From assembly GCA_903919065.1 (NCBI GenBank), contig CAIXHD010000345.1, forward strand, positions 87,231-151,230: 64,000 bases of DNA. The letters are read 5' to 3'. The stretch comes from an uncultured Bacteroidota bacterium (GTDB lineage: Bacteria > Bacteroidota > Bacteroidia > Bacteroidales > UBA12481). The notes under the pieces were generated by a model. That model was given only the letters and a program-made list of their open reading frames with translations. It did not search any database and was not told the DNA's origin. Positions 45,921 through 54,902 of the stretch are shown piece by piece (positions within the stretch are counted from its first letter, which is position 1; every line of letters starts with the position of its first letter). Made by a program: the position numbers and the translations under genes.

Positions 45921-47693
45921 TTACTGCTCCTTAATCCAGTTGACCAGACCCTTTTTCTCCAGTATTCCCAGTAACTTATCAGGTAACGGCTCGAAATAAA
46001 ATTGTTTCTCGCCAATCTTTATCAACCCTTTCCTGAAATCTATTTCCACCTCACTGCCAGGCAAATAGGCATCAACAGCTTCCTTATGAACGATCAGCAG
46101 CAGGCCCTGGTTAATAGACGACCGGTAGAAAATCCGGTTCACAGATTTTACTACTACAGCCTTAATCCCGGCATAGGCAAGCCCAACAGATGGATGCTCA
46201 CGTGAGCTCCCGCAACCGAAATTTTCGCCGGCGAAGATCAGATCACCGGATTTAACCCTTGAAGCAAAAGAAGCATCAAAGCCAGCGAAAAGATGCTCAA
46301 CAATCTTGTCACCCTCAGAGCTGAGCACGTTATAAGTCAGGTTCCCGGCAAACATCTGATCAGTATTGAGATTATCCTGATCTGCATAATTCCACACACC
46401 TTTATAGTAGCGATCCTCGCCAGCAGGAATTTCAGGGGTCTTCCCTTCCGGACGTCCGGAATCAAATCTTTCATTATGATCAGGTCCCCTTGGATCGGTT
46501 ATTTTTCCATTCAGCGCAGTAAAGGCAACCGTTGCTGGTGATGCCAGGTAAATTTGTGAGTTGGGGTTACCCATCCTTCCCTTAAAATTGCGGTTTGCCG
46601 TTGAGATTACAGTAAAACCATCTGCGGGAATGCCCTGACCGGTTCCCAGGCATGGCCCGCAGGAAGAACTCAGAATGGTTGCCCCGGCATTAACGAAAGT
46701 TGTTATCAGTCCTTCCTCAATCGCCTGAAGATAAATCTCTTTTGATGCCGGAATAACAAGCAACTGAAAATCAAGCGCCACTTTTTTGCCTTTCAGAACC
46801 GAGGCTGCAATTCGCAAATCTTCAATCCGTCCATTTGTACAAGTACCGATTAACCCTTCATGAACTACAGTGCCAGCAGTTTCGGCAACTGTTTTAACAT
46901 GATCCACCAAATGTGGCGCTGCCACCAGTGGAACGATATCACTAAGATTAATATCTAATTCAAACAGGTATCGGGCATCAGCATCAGCCCAGACTGCCCC
47001 ACCCTCTGATCCTAAAAATTCTGCAAGAACAGAATCGACAGGGAATACGGCATTCTTTGCACCCATTTCTGAAGCTAGGTTAGCCAGTGTCATCCGGTCG
47101 GAAATCGTCAGATTCTTCAATCCGTCACCATGGAATTCCATCGACAGGTAATTTGCACCATCAGATCCTATTTTTCCTATCAGGTACAACGAGATATCCT
47201 TGGCATACACCCCGGGATTCAATTTCCCTGTTAGATTTATTTTGATGGATTCTGGTACTAAAAACCAGGTCTCACCTTTTTTCCACAGACCGGCAGATTC
47301 TGTACGGTCGATCCCCGCAGCAAAGGCATTGAAGGCACCGGCAGTGCAGGTATGGGAATCGCTTCCGACAATAATCATTGCCGGTTTTGCGTAATATGAC
47401 ATGATCTGGTGACAGATACCATCTCCTGCATCATGGAACTTCTTGATTCCCTGCGATCTCACGATCTGGCGAATAGTCTGATACTGAGTAGCCAGCTTGG
47501 CATCTGTGGGAGGTGCATTATGATCGAGCACGACGAGGCATTGGTCGGGATCAAAAATCTTTTCGGATCCCATCTTTTTAAAAGTGCTGAAAATACTGGA
47601 TGTATTGTCATGAGTCAGCACAATGTCAGGCTTCCTGAAAACAATTGCTCCGGTTGGAGCACCGAGAATTTTCTCAACAAATGTTTGTCCCAT
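45921..47693 (-). CDS. Aconitase-superfamily dehydratase, fused large (LeuC/HacA-like) plus small (LeuD/HacB-like) subunit, copy 2
   Basis: 590 aa. Motifs are GSDSHT, the Fe-S ligands GTCTNGR and SCGPCLG, NRNFKGRMG, and the swivel-domain motif GCGSSREHP. Its ATG overlaps the upstream stop by 1 nt (TGATG). Confidence 0.8.
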   Translation of the reverse strand: MGQTFVEKILGAPTGAIVFRKPDIVLTHDNTSSIFSTFKKMGSEKIFDPDQCLVVLDHNAPPTDAKLATQYQTIRQIVRSQGIKKFHDAGDGICHQIMSYYAKPAMIIVGSDSHTCTAGAFNAFAAGIDRTESAGLWKKGETWFLVPESIKINLTGKLNPGVYAKDISLYLIGKIGSDGANYLSMEFHGDGLKNLTISDRMTLANLASEMGAKNAVFPVDSVLAEFLGSEGGAVWADADARYLFELDINLSDIVPLVAAPHLVDHVKTVAETAGTVVHEGLIGTCTNGRIEDLRIAASVLKGKKVALDFQLLVIPASKEIYLQAIEEGLITTFVNAGATILSSSCGPCLGTGQGIPADGFTVISTANRNFKGRMGNPNSQIYLASPATVAFTALNGKITDPRGPDHNERFDSGRPEGKTPEIPAGEDRYYKGVWNYADQDNLNTDQMFAGNLTYNVLSSEGDKIVEHLFAGFDASFASRVKSGDLIFAGENFGCGSSREHPSVGLAYAGIKAVVVKSVNRIFYRSSINQGLLLIVHKEAVDAYLPGSEVEIDFRKGLIKIGEKQFYFEPLPDKLLGILEKKGLVNWIKEQ

Positions 47694-49519
47694 CAGAATA
47701 GTCCTCCACGTTTAAAAATTTCTAACTGAACTTCACTAAAAGGATCTGCCTGCAACGTTTTACCGTTATTCAGACTGGTTATCATACCTGTTTCATAATT
47801 TACACGAATCTTGTCGCCTTCTTTAATTTCGAGTTCTTCAAGGCTTTCATAGGTGATGATCGGGAAGGCAGCATTGATGGCATTGCGTTCATAAATAGCA
47901 CCAAAACTTTCCGCTAAAACACAATGGATACCTAATGAAATAAAGCAATCTACGGCTTGCTGCCTCGACGAGCCACTACCAAAATTCTTTTGAACAATCA
48001 CAATATCGCCCTTCTCTGCCTTCTTAGCAAAATCCTGGTATCCGCTGAGGTTATCAAAAGTATACTGGCCCATCTCCTTAATATCTGTAATCGCAAGATA
48101 CCTGTTATGAAAAATCATATCGGTATCGATATTATCCTGACGTATATACCAGACTCTCCCTTCAACCTCAACCGGCTTTTCGCCAGGGTGCTGACCTGCT
48201 TCGGCCGATGAAACTGAAGCTGGCTTGGATGCCCCGGTTTTTACAGAAGGCGAAGGATAAGCCACAGGTACATCAGGAATATTTTCAGGATTCGTTATAT
48301 ATCCTGCAACAGCTGATGCCGCAACCACAGCAGGTGAGGCCAGGTAAACATCACCTTTACCCTGTTTTCCCGGAAAATTTCTGTTACCCGTACTTATCGT
48401 CACCTCACCGGCACCATTCTGTCCAACCTGACCGGCGGCACATCCGGCACAACCGGCATTCGAGACCATTGCACCGGCATTTTTAAAGATTTCCATAAAC
48501 CCTTGATTAAGGCAGCGCTGCCATATTTCATCAGTGGCAGGAACGATTTTTAAAACCACGCCCGGTGCCACTTTCCGATTCTTCAGAATATTCGCAACGA
48601 CAGCCATGTCTTCATATCTGCCGTTGGTGCAGCTTCCAATGAAGGCAGAATCAATCCTTGTATTTTCGACTGACGAAACAGTTGCAGTATGGTGAGGCGC
48701 ACCAGGCAAAGAAACCCGCTTAACAAATTCACTGATAGTCAGTTCGAAAGTCTTCTCATATTGAGCATCGGCATCCGCAAAAACCGGAATGATTGGCTTA
48801 CCGGCCTTTTCCGAACAATAATAGGTAACTTGTTGATTTGGAGGAAAGAGAAGCGTTATCACACCCATTTCGGTTCCCATGCTGGCAATGGTAATTCTTT
48901 CATCCAGAGTCAGATCGTCAACGGAATCACCATAAATCTCAACAGAGTAGCCCAAAAGGTCATTCGCCCCAAATCTTTCGAGTAAGTTGATCGCGATATC
49001 TTTGGCAGATAACCCTTCCGGTCTTTTTCCCTTTAGAACGATTTTTACAGAAGCCGGAACCTTGAACCAAAGTTTTCCATAAGCCCAGGCAGCTGCAATA
49101 TCCTGATCGCCCATGCCCTGTCCGAAAGCGCCTACTGCCCCGAGAATATTAGCATGTGAATCGGTGGTTACTGCTGTTGAACCGGAAAACGCCAGGCCTT
49201 CATGCATGAGGATATGCGTTCCGATTCCCTTATCAATATCATAAACCTTAATTCCGTTGTCACGGGCATATTGTCGGCAAATATGCTGGTTTACGGCATA
49301 TTTCTGATCTGATCCTGTAGGGTTACAGTCGAAAGTGAAAAAGGTTTTAGTGGAATCGGCGATCGACAAACCATTATCCTTCAGGTTCTTGACAACATTT
49401 GCACCTCCGAAATCGCGGGCTGCCCTTACGTCCATGGCAACATCGATAATCTGGCCAGGTTTTACAGTTGAGTGCTTGGAGTGGTTTGCAAGAATTCTTT
49501 CGATTAATGTCAGGCCCAT
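47693..49519 (-). CDS. Aconitase-superfamily dehydratase, fused large plus small subunit, copy 1
   Basis: 608 aa. Motifs are TTDSHA, the Fe-S ligands GSCTNGR and GCAGCAAG, NRNFPGKQG (Lys where Arg is usual), a Pro/Ser/Ala-rich linker, and the swivel-domain motif GSGSSRQQA. Confidence 0.8.
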   Translation of the reverse strand: MGLTLIERILANHSKHSTVKPGQIIDVAMDVRAARDFGGANVVKNLKDNGLSIADSTKTFFTFDCNPTGSDQKYAVNQHICRQYARDNGIKVYDIDKGIGTHILMHEGLAFSGSTAVTTDSHANILGAVGAFGQGMGDQDIAAAWAYGKLWFKVPASVKIVLKGKRPEGLSAKDIAINLLERFGANDLLGYSVEIYGDSVDDLTLDERITIASMGTEMGVITLLFPPNQQVTYYCSEKAGKPIIPVFADADAQYEKTFELTISEFVKRVSLPGAPHHTATVSSVENTRIDSAFIGSCTNGRYEDMAVVANILKNRKVAPGVVLKIVPATDEIWQRCLNQGFMEIFKNAGAMVSNAGCAGCAAGQVGQNGAGEVTISTGNRNFPGKQGKGDVYLASPAVVAASAVAGYITNPENIPDVPVAYPSPSVKTGASKPASVSSAEAGQHPGEKPVEVEGRVWYIRQDNIDTDMIFHNRYLAITDIKEMGQYTFDNLSGYQDFAKKAEKGDIVIVQKNFGSGSSRQQAVDCFISLGIHCVLAESFGAIYERNAINAAFPIITYESLEELEIKEGDKIRVNYETGMITSLNNGKTLQADPFSEVQLEIFKRGGLF

Positions 49520-49530
49520 ATATTTGTGTA

Positions 49531-50238
49531 TTAAGTTTTTAAAAATGAAAATACTACGAGTCTCTTATTAAGGTCGGTGTCGAATTTTGTCCATTCCCAA
49601 ACCCTGGCTGTCTTAATCAATTCATCATCGGTGGTAAGATCAGCAGAAATGGAAAGGAGTGTATCTGGAGAAAGCGTATTTATCAGATCAGTAAGCATTT
49701 GCCGATTCCTGTAAGGTGCTTCAATAAAAACCTGAGTCTCCTGGTTCAATTTGGATCGATTTTCGATTTCCCTGATCTTTTTTATCCGGTCGGGAGGTTT
49801 CGGAGGCAGATAGCCATGAAACACAAACTTCTGGCCATTAAGGCCCCCAGCCATCACCGACATAATAACGGAGCTCGGTCCGATCATTGGTCTCACCCGG
49901 ATACCTGAAGAATGGGCTTGCCTGATGAGGTCGGCTCCGGGATCAGCAATTCCGGGGCATCCGGATTCAGACAATATTCCTGCATCAGCTCCCTTGAGTA
50001 TAGGCAGCATGAGAGGTTCAAGCTCCTGAGCTCTCGTGTGCTCATTAAGCAGACCAAATTCTATTTCCTCCAGCAGGGCTTTCATCCCTATTCTTACGAG
50101 GAACCTTCGCGCATTTTTCTCATTTTCAACAATAAAATACCGAATAAGCCTCACCTGCTCAATAACAGGTGCCGGCAGTGACCTCAGGGGGTCACCGTCA
50201 TCCAGTGTATTCGGAATCAACCAAAGGGTACCTTTCAT
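49531..50238 (-). CDS. SAM-dependent methyltransferase of the tetrapyrrole-methylase fold (RsmI-like paralogue)
   Basis: 235 aa with SESGCPGIADPG and FVFHGYLP regions typical of the YraL/RsmI-like family. It ends 11 nt upstream of the aconitase-like pair. Confidence 0.65.
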   Translation of the reverse strand: MKGTLWLIPNTLDDGDPLRSLPAPVIEQVRLIRYFIVENEKNARRFLVRIGMKALLEEIEFGLLNEHTRAQELEPLMLPILKGADAGILSESGCPGIADPGADLIRQAHSSGIRVRPMIGPSSVIMSVMAGGLNGQKFVFHGYLPPKPPDRIKKIREIENRSKLNQETQVFIEAPYRNRQMLTDLINTLSPDTLLSISADLTTDDELIKTARVWEWTKFDTDLNKRLVVFSFLKT

Positions 50239-50270
50239 ATTGTAAAAATAAGAAAAAGGCCCATGTTTAT

Positions 50271-50278
50271 TATATTTG
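50271..50278 (+). promoter_or_regulatory. -7 promoter box TATATTTG for the MBL-fold hydrolase gene
   Basis: Exact TAnnTTTG match 17 nt upstream of ATG 50296 and downstream of the track start at 50263. Confidence 0.5.
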
Positions 50279-50295
50279 ATGATTTGAATCCATTC

Positions 50296-51069
50296 ATGAA
50301 TTCACCATTGAAAATTACCCTTCTTGGTACAGGCACTTCCCTGGGAGTTCCGATTATCGGTTGCGACTGTCCGGTTTGCCAATCCATTGATCCCAAAGAC
50401 AACAGATTACGTTCCTCTGCGCTGGTTGAATGGAATGACAAGGTGTTTTTAATTGATGCCGGTCCCGATTTCCGGCAGCAGATGTTAAGAACCTCTGTCA
50501 GAAAGATTGATGCAATACTCTTGACCCATGAGCACAAGGACCACGTTTCAGGTCTGGATGACATACGGGCATTGAATTTTCTGCATCGTAAGGCTATTGA
50601 TATTTATTCTGAGAAAAGGGTTCAGGATTCCATCCGCAAGGACTTTGCTTATGTTTTTTCAGTAATCCAATATCCCGGGATCCCGCAAATGAACCTGCAT
50701 CAGATCTCTCCTGGAAAGATTGAGATTGATGGTTTGGAAATCACAGCCATAAGGGCTTTGCATTACAAACTGCCTATATTGGGCTTTCGATTTGGAGATT
50801 TTACGTATATCTCTGATGCCAATTATATTGCTCCGGAGGAAATGGAAAAGATCAAAGGTACACGTGTATTGGTCATTAATGCGCTTCGCTGGGAGGTGCA
50901 TCTTTCACACAACAGCATTCCTGAAGCTATCCGGCTAATTCAGGAGATTAAGCCTGAAAAGGCATACCTGACCCACATGTCGCATCAGGCAGGCAAGTAT
51001 GAAGATTTGATAAAGAATCTGCCGGCTGGAGTTGAACCTGGCTTTGATGGGTTGGTAATCAGCCTTTAA
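50296..51069 (+). CDS. MBL-fold metallo-hydrolase (PhnP/cyclic-phosphodiesterase-like)
   Basis: The start is moved to ATG 50296 (MNSPLKITLLGTGTSLGVP) because of the -7 box. The HxHxDH motif is THEHKDHV. Its stop codon overlaps the stop of the convergent FKBP gene (TTAA). Confidence 0.75.
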   Translation: MNSPLKITLLGTGTSLGVPIIGCDCPVCQSIDPKDNRLRSSALVEWNDKVFLIDAGPDFRQQMLRTSVRKIDAILLTHEHKDHVSGLDDIRALNFLHRKAIDIYSEKRVQDSIRKDFAYVFSVIQYPGIPQMNLHQISPGKIEIDGLEITAIRALHYKLPILGFRFGDFTYISDANYIAPEEMEKIKGTRVLVINALRWEVHLSHNSIPEAIRLIQEIKPEKAYLTHMSHQAGKYEDLIKNLPAGVEPGFDGLVISL

Positions 51070-51509
51070 AACACATCTAGCAGTTCCACTGCGAAAACTA
51101 ACGGAGTATAACCCGGAATATCACCGGATCCGTTTGACCGATAAGCCAAATCGCTTGGAATAATAAGAGTTGCTTTGCCCCCTTCTTTCATCAGGGCTAT
51201 TCCTTCATCCATCCCGGTAATTACCTGACCGAATCCGAGTTTAAAACTAAAGGTACCTGAATCAAATATTGTTCCATCAGTGTAGGAACCAGTGTATTTC
51301 ACCTTAACGGTTGCCCCGTAAGGTGGTGTTATTCCTGTACCTGCCTTAATTTCGATATAATACAACCCACTTGCCAGAGGTGATACAGTGAGGTTATGAG
51401 AAGTCAGATACTCCTGGATGGCAAGTTTTTCCTTCTCATAGGGATCACCAGTTTCACATGCCTGAAAAATGAATATCGATGCTAAAATGGTAAGAATGGC
51501 GTACTTCAT
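51066..51509 (-). CDS. FKBP-type peptidyl-prolyl isomerase lipoprotein
   Basis: 147 aa with lipoprotein signal MKYAILTILASIFIFQAC and an FKBP core (VKVKYTGSYTDGTIFDS, GQVITGMDEG, IIPSDLAY). Confidence 0.85.
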   Translation of the reverse strand: MKYAILTILASIFIFQACETGDPYEKEKLAIQEYLTSHNLTVSPLASGLYYIEIKAGTGITPPYGATVKVKYTGSYTDGTIFDSGTFSFKLGFGQVITGMDEGIALMKEGGKATLIIPSDLAYRSNGSGDIPGYTPLVFAVELLDVF

Positions 51510-51517
51510 AATATTTG

Positions 51518-52393
51518 TTATTTAACTTCCAGTAATTCAACTTCAAAAACTAAGGTCGAGTATGGCAGGATAAGCGTGGAATAACCATCTTTTCCATAGG
51601 CCAGATTCGACGGTATTATTAACCTGCCTTCCCCACCCGCCTGCATAAACTGAAAACCCTCATCCCAGCCTTTTATTACCTGGCCTTTGCCAAGAACAAA
51701 TGTAAGCGGTGTGCCCCTCTGCAGTGAGGAATCAAAAATTTTCCCATCAATTGTGGTCCCGGTATAATGAACAACCAAGGTGTTACCAATTTCAGCCTTT
51801 TTGCCTTTGCCCTTCTTTTTTTCAATATAATAAAGACCTGAAGTTGTTGGTTTAGCTGTAGTATTGGTAAGTTCGATATAGTTTTTCAGCAGGTTTATTT
51901 CCTGTTCGAAATCGGTATGATAGGAGCTTTCTCTTTCACCTTCAAGATCTTCCGAGCTTAAAATATTCTTTAAGCGAACATAAATGAATACCTGGTCACC
52001 TGTCTTGAATTCCTTTGGCAAATCACGTTTTCTGTTCTTCTCAAAAAAACCAACGGCATCCAATTTAAAACAAACGCTGTCACCAACCTGCATGAGCGCC
52101 AACGCGGTATTAAAATCACCCTTAAATTTCGGATTGGTCAGCTGCATTCGATAAAAGTTTGATTCATCGACGACTACCTTGTCCATGTTCGTGATTTTGG
52201 TTGATAGGACCAGTATATCCCCTGTTTTTGGAGTTATACCCTGCGGATTCATTTCCAGAAAACGGTAAGATAAGCCTGACGGATGCTTTTTAAAATCCTT
52301 GTCCCCGCTGCTGCAGGACACAATGAAAGCAGCTAAAATAATAAGTACGGCAACAGCAGAAATTCTCATTGTCATTATATTTACTGCAAACAT
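51518..52393 (-). CDS. Two-module FKBP-type peptidyl-prolyl isomerase lipoprotein
   Basis: 291 aa with lipobox IVSCSS. The start may instead be the internal Met at 52369. The C-terminal FKBP core has VVHYTGTTIDGKIFDSS, GQVIKGWDEG and IIPSNLAYG. The N-terminal module is a degenerate FKBP-like domain. Confidence 0.8.
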   Translation of the reverse strand: MFAVNIMTMRISAVAVLIILAAFIVSCSSGDKDFKKHPSGLSYRFLEMNPQGITPKTGDILVLSTKITNMDKVVVDESNFYRMQLTNPKFKGDFNTALALMQVGDSVCFKLDAVGFFEKNRKRDLPKEFKTGDQVFIYVRLKNILSSEDLEGERESSYHTDFEQEINLLKNYIELTNTTAKPTTSGLYYIEKKKGKGKKAEIGNTLVVHYTGTTIDGKIFDSSLQRGTPLTFVLGKGQVIKGWDEGFQFMQAGGEGRLIIPSNLAYGKDGYSTLILPYSTLVFEVELLEVK

Positions 52394-52403
52394 AGGAAAA
52401 TGG

Positions 52404-52967
52404 TCAATTATTCAGATGTCTGGCCACAGAATCGATCCTGATTTCATATACCAGGATAGCTCGCGGAGGAATAAGATTTCCATCGCCGGTTAATCCAAAA
52501 GCGCGCTGTGGTGGAATCACAATACGTGCACTATCTCCAGGATGCAGGAATTTCATTGCTTCATGTAAACCTAGCTCAGCCTCACTCTGTTCCACTATGA
52601 ATTGTTTGAATCCTTGTTTGTTTGAGGAATAGCACAAGGTTCCGTCGAGCAGACAAAGCTTATAAGAGAGTGAAACCCAGTCTCCTTTTTCTATTTTCTG
52701 ATTCTGTTTTTTTTGCTCAGTATTAATAAGCTGAAAGAATACCCCAGTACCCGTTTCGCTCAATCTCCATCCATTTCTGGCAGCCACTTCACTTATTGAA
52801 TTTGCATATTGCCGGATCAACACTTGATTTGCCCGATAAATGGATTCCTGATCCGGGTATTGCCTGCCGGCCGACTCCTCCTGTGTGCGATATTTTGGTT
52901 TGCAGCTTGAAGCTGATATGAATAGCAGGGTGACAAACAGGATAAAACTAATTTTTATGCATCGCAT
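52404..52967 (-). CDS. FKBP-like peptidyl-prolyl isomerase lipoprotein (divergent)
   Basis: 187 aa with lipobox ISASSC and a divergent FKBP core (VSLSYKLCLLDGTLCYSS, ELGLHEAMKFLHPGDSARIVIPPQRAFG). Confidence 0.7.
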   Translation of the reverse strand: MRCIKISFILFVTLLFISASSCKPKYRTQEESAGRQYPDQESIYRANQVLIRQYANSISEVAARNGWRLSETGTGVFFQLINTEQKKQNQKIEKGDWVSLSYKLCLLDGTLCYSSNKQGFKQFIVEQSEAELGLHEAMKFLHPGDSARIVIPPQRAFGLTGDGNLIPPRAILVYEIRIDSVARHLNN

Positions 52968-52994
52968 GGCAGTAGGATTGGGTAGCCGAAAATT

Positions 52995-54053
52995 CTACCT
53001 GTTGGAAGTCAGTAATTCCTTATACTCATCCAAAACGGATTCAAACCTGTCAACGGCCTCTTTCATTGTACCGGGGAATCTTCCACCAGCCGCATTCAGG
53101 TGTCCGCCGCCCAGGAAATATTTTTGAGCAAACTTATTAGCTGGAAAATCTCCGGTTGACCTGAGAGAAAGTTTAATATGATCATTCTGCTCAGTGAACA
53201 AAACCGAAAAAACGATTCCTGCTATAGCCAGTGGATAATTAACAAATCCCTCAGTATCTCCCTTCCGGTGGTGATAACTATTCAATTCACTTATTGTCAA
53301 TGCAATATAAGCGGTTTTATATTCAGGAAGAATCTTCATGTTCTTACTGAGACTATACCCGAGCAACCTCATACGGTTAGCTGAATGGGTATTATAGATC
53401 TCATGGTAGATCCGATCCTTGTCAGCTCCGATACGCATGAGAGCAGCGACAGTTTCAAACACCTCAGGATAGGAGCAATTAACTTTTAATCCAACAGTAT
53501 CGGTCATGATCCCTGCAAGCAGACAGGTAGCTGCTTCGACTCCGATATGTTCAGCGAAATTCATTTTTTCGATAAAAAGGTAAACCAGTTCAGAGGTAGA
53601 GCCTTTTGTAGGGTCGATAAAGTTATAACCTGTGAATGGATCACCATTCGGGTGGTGATCGATTAGCAAAGTTCTTTTACCTGATTCACGGTACAAAGGT
53701 TCCAGGCCGCCCAAACGCTCCGGGGTATTAAAATCCGCACAGATAATCAGGTCGCATTCATTAAAGAGCGTTGAAATATCAGCAGTCATCTTACGGTCGT
53801 TCACAACAATCTCATTGTGACCAGGCAACCACTTCAAAAAAAGTGGGGAATCATCAGGAATGGCAACATTTACTGTGTGACCAATCCGCCCGAGTATCCA
53901 TTTCAGGCCAAGAGCTGATCCGACAGCATCTCCATCAGGATTTTTGTGAGTAATGATCAATATTTTGCAAGGTTTCAGGAATTCTTCCCTGGCCTCCGAC
54001 CATCCCAATTCTGTATTGAGACTCAACTTTCTGTCAGTAATTTTGTTTTGCAC
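52995..54053 (-). CDS. nrnA: DHH/DHHA1 phosphoesterase (NrnA-like oligoribonuclease/pAp phosphatase)
   Basis: 352 aa with HKNPDGDAVGS, LLIDHHPN (DHH) and LGGGHLNAAGG (DHHA1 GGGH). The track start is GTG 54053, but a TATCTTTG box at 54058..54065 lies only 4 nt upstream. In-frame TTG 54026 or TTG 54008 may be the real start. Confidence 0.75.
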   Translation of the reverse strand: MQNKITDRKLSLNTELGWSEAREEFLKPCKILIITHKNPDGDAVGSALGLKWILGRIGHTVNVAIPDDSPLFLKWLPGHNEIVVNDRKMTADISTLFNECDLIICADFNTPERLGGLEPLYRESGKRTLLIDHHPNGDPFTGYNFIDPTKGSTSELVYLFIEKMNFAEHIGVEAATCLLAGIMTDTVGLKVNCSYPEVFETVAALMRIGADKDRIYHEIYNTHSANRMRLLGYSLSKNMKILPEYKTAYIALTISELNSYHHRKGDTEGFVNYPLAIAGIVFSVLFTEQNDHIKLSLRSTGDFPANKFAQKYFLGGGHLNAAGGRFPGTMKEAVDRFESVLDEYKELLTSNR

Positions 54054-54124
54054 GAATCAAAGATAATAATCAGTGGAATCGGCAAACAGGATTTTGTTAT
54101 ATTTATCGCAATAACTATTCAATT

Positions 54125-54589
54125 ATGACAGGTAACATCACTTTTACTATGATCAAACCGGGAGCCGTATCACACGAGCATATCGGTGACATCCTGAAGA
54201 TGATTTCGGAAGCAGGTTTCTGGATAGCAGCTATGAAATATACCAAGCTCAGTCAGGTTCAGGCTGAATATTTCTATAATGTCCACCGGGATAGGCCTTT
54301 TTTTGAAGGACTGGTGGAATTCATGACCTCAGGCCCGATTGTTGTTGCGGTATTGGAGAAAGACAATGCTGTTGATGATTATCGCAAGTTGATTGGCAAT
54401 ACTGATCCTGCCAAGGCAGAACCAGGGACAATCAGAAAACTATTTGCGGAATCAGTGCAAAGAAATGCGGTACATGGTTCTGACAGTGATTCTAACGCCC
54501 GAAAAGAAGCCGACTTTTTCTTCTCCAGAAGTGAAAGGTTTGACCGTCAGGGCAATTTTCTCGAGTTGATTCCTGCCACCGCACTGTAA
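54125..54589 (+). CDS. ndk: Nucleoside diphosphate kinase
   Basis: 154 aa with TFTMIKPGAV, the GPIVVAVLE region, and the active-site NAVHGSDS. Confidence 0.9.
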   Translation: MTGNITFTMIKPGAVSHEHIGDILKMISEAGFWIAAMKYTKLSQVQAEYFYNVHRDRPFFEGLVEFMTSGPIVVAVLEKDNAVDDYRKLIGNTDPAKAEPGTIRKLFAESVQRNAVHGSDSDSNARKEADFFFSRSERFDRQGNFLELIPATAL

Positions 54590-54603
54590 ACTACTGCTCG
54601 TCA

Positions 54604-54900
54604 TCATCTTATAACGACCTCATCAATAAGGTCTTGGCCGCTGCGTTTATTGAGTTCAACCTTTAGTCCATCACGAACCATCATCAGCTCGTTTCTGATC
54701 ACCGAAGAACGTACCTTGACAATTAGTTTACGATCGCTGACATAAATTGATTCTGTGCTGCGGGCAATTGTTATTCCCACGACTTCGTCCCACTGGCGGA
54801 CCATTTCTCGTTCTTTCAACTTTTGATCAATGCCCGAAGCTTTAAGAAGTTCCTCGATAATTTCTTTAACCGGACGCGATTGGGTTCTTCGGATTACCAT
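54604..54900 (-). CDS. DUF721-family small protein (commonly found downstream of recF)
   Basis: 98 aa. It starts 2 nt after the recF stop. The W-x-x-VVG and LIVKVRSSV pattern is typical of DUF721. Confidence 0.65.
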   Translation of the reverse strand: MVIRRTQSRPVKEIIEELLKASGIDQKLKEREMVRQWDEVVGITIARSTESIYVSDRKLIVKVRSSVIRNELMMVRDGLKVELNKRSGQDLIDEVVIR

Positions 54901-54902
54901 AA

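Noticed and set aside
45821-46015. A 64-aa minus-strand ORF that spans tRNA-Arg and its promoter.
   Set aside because: It overlaps a well-folded tRNA gene and the 3' end of the aconitase-like gene in another frame, so it is almost certainly spurious.
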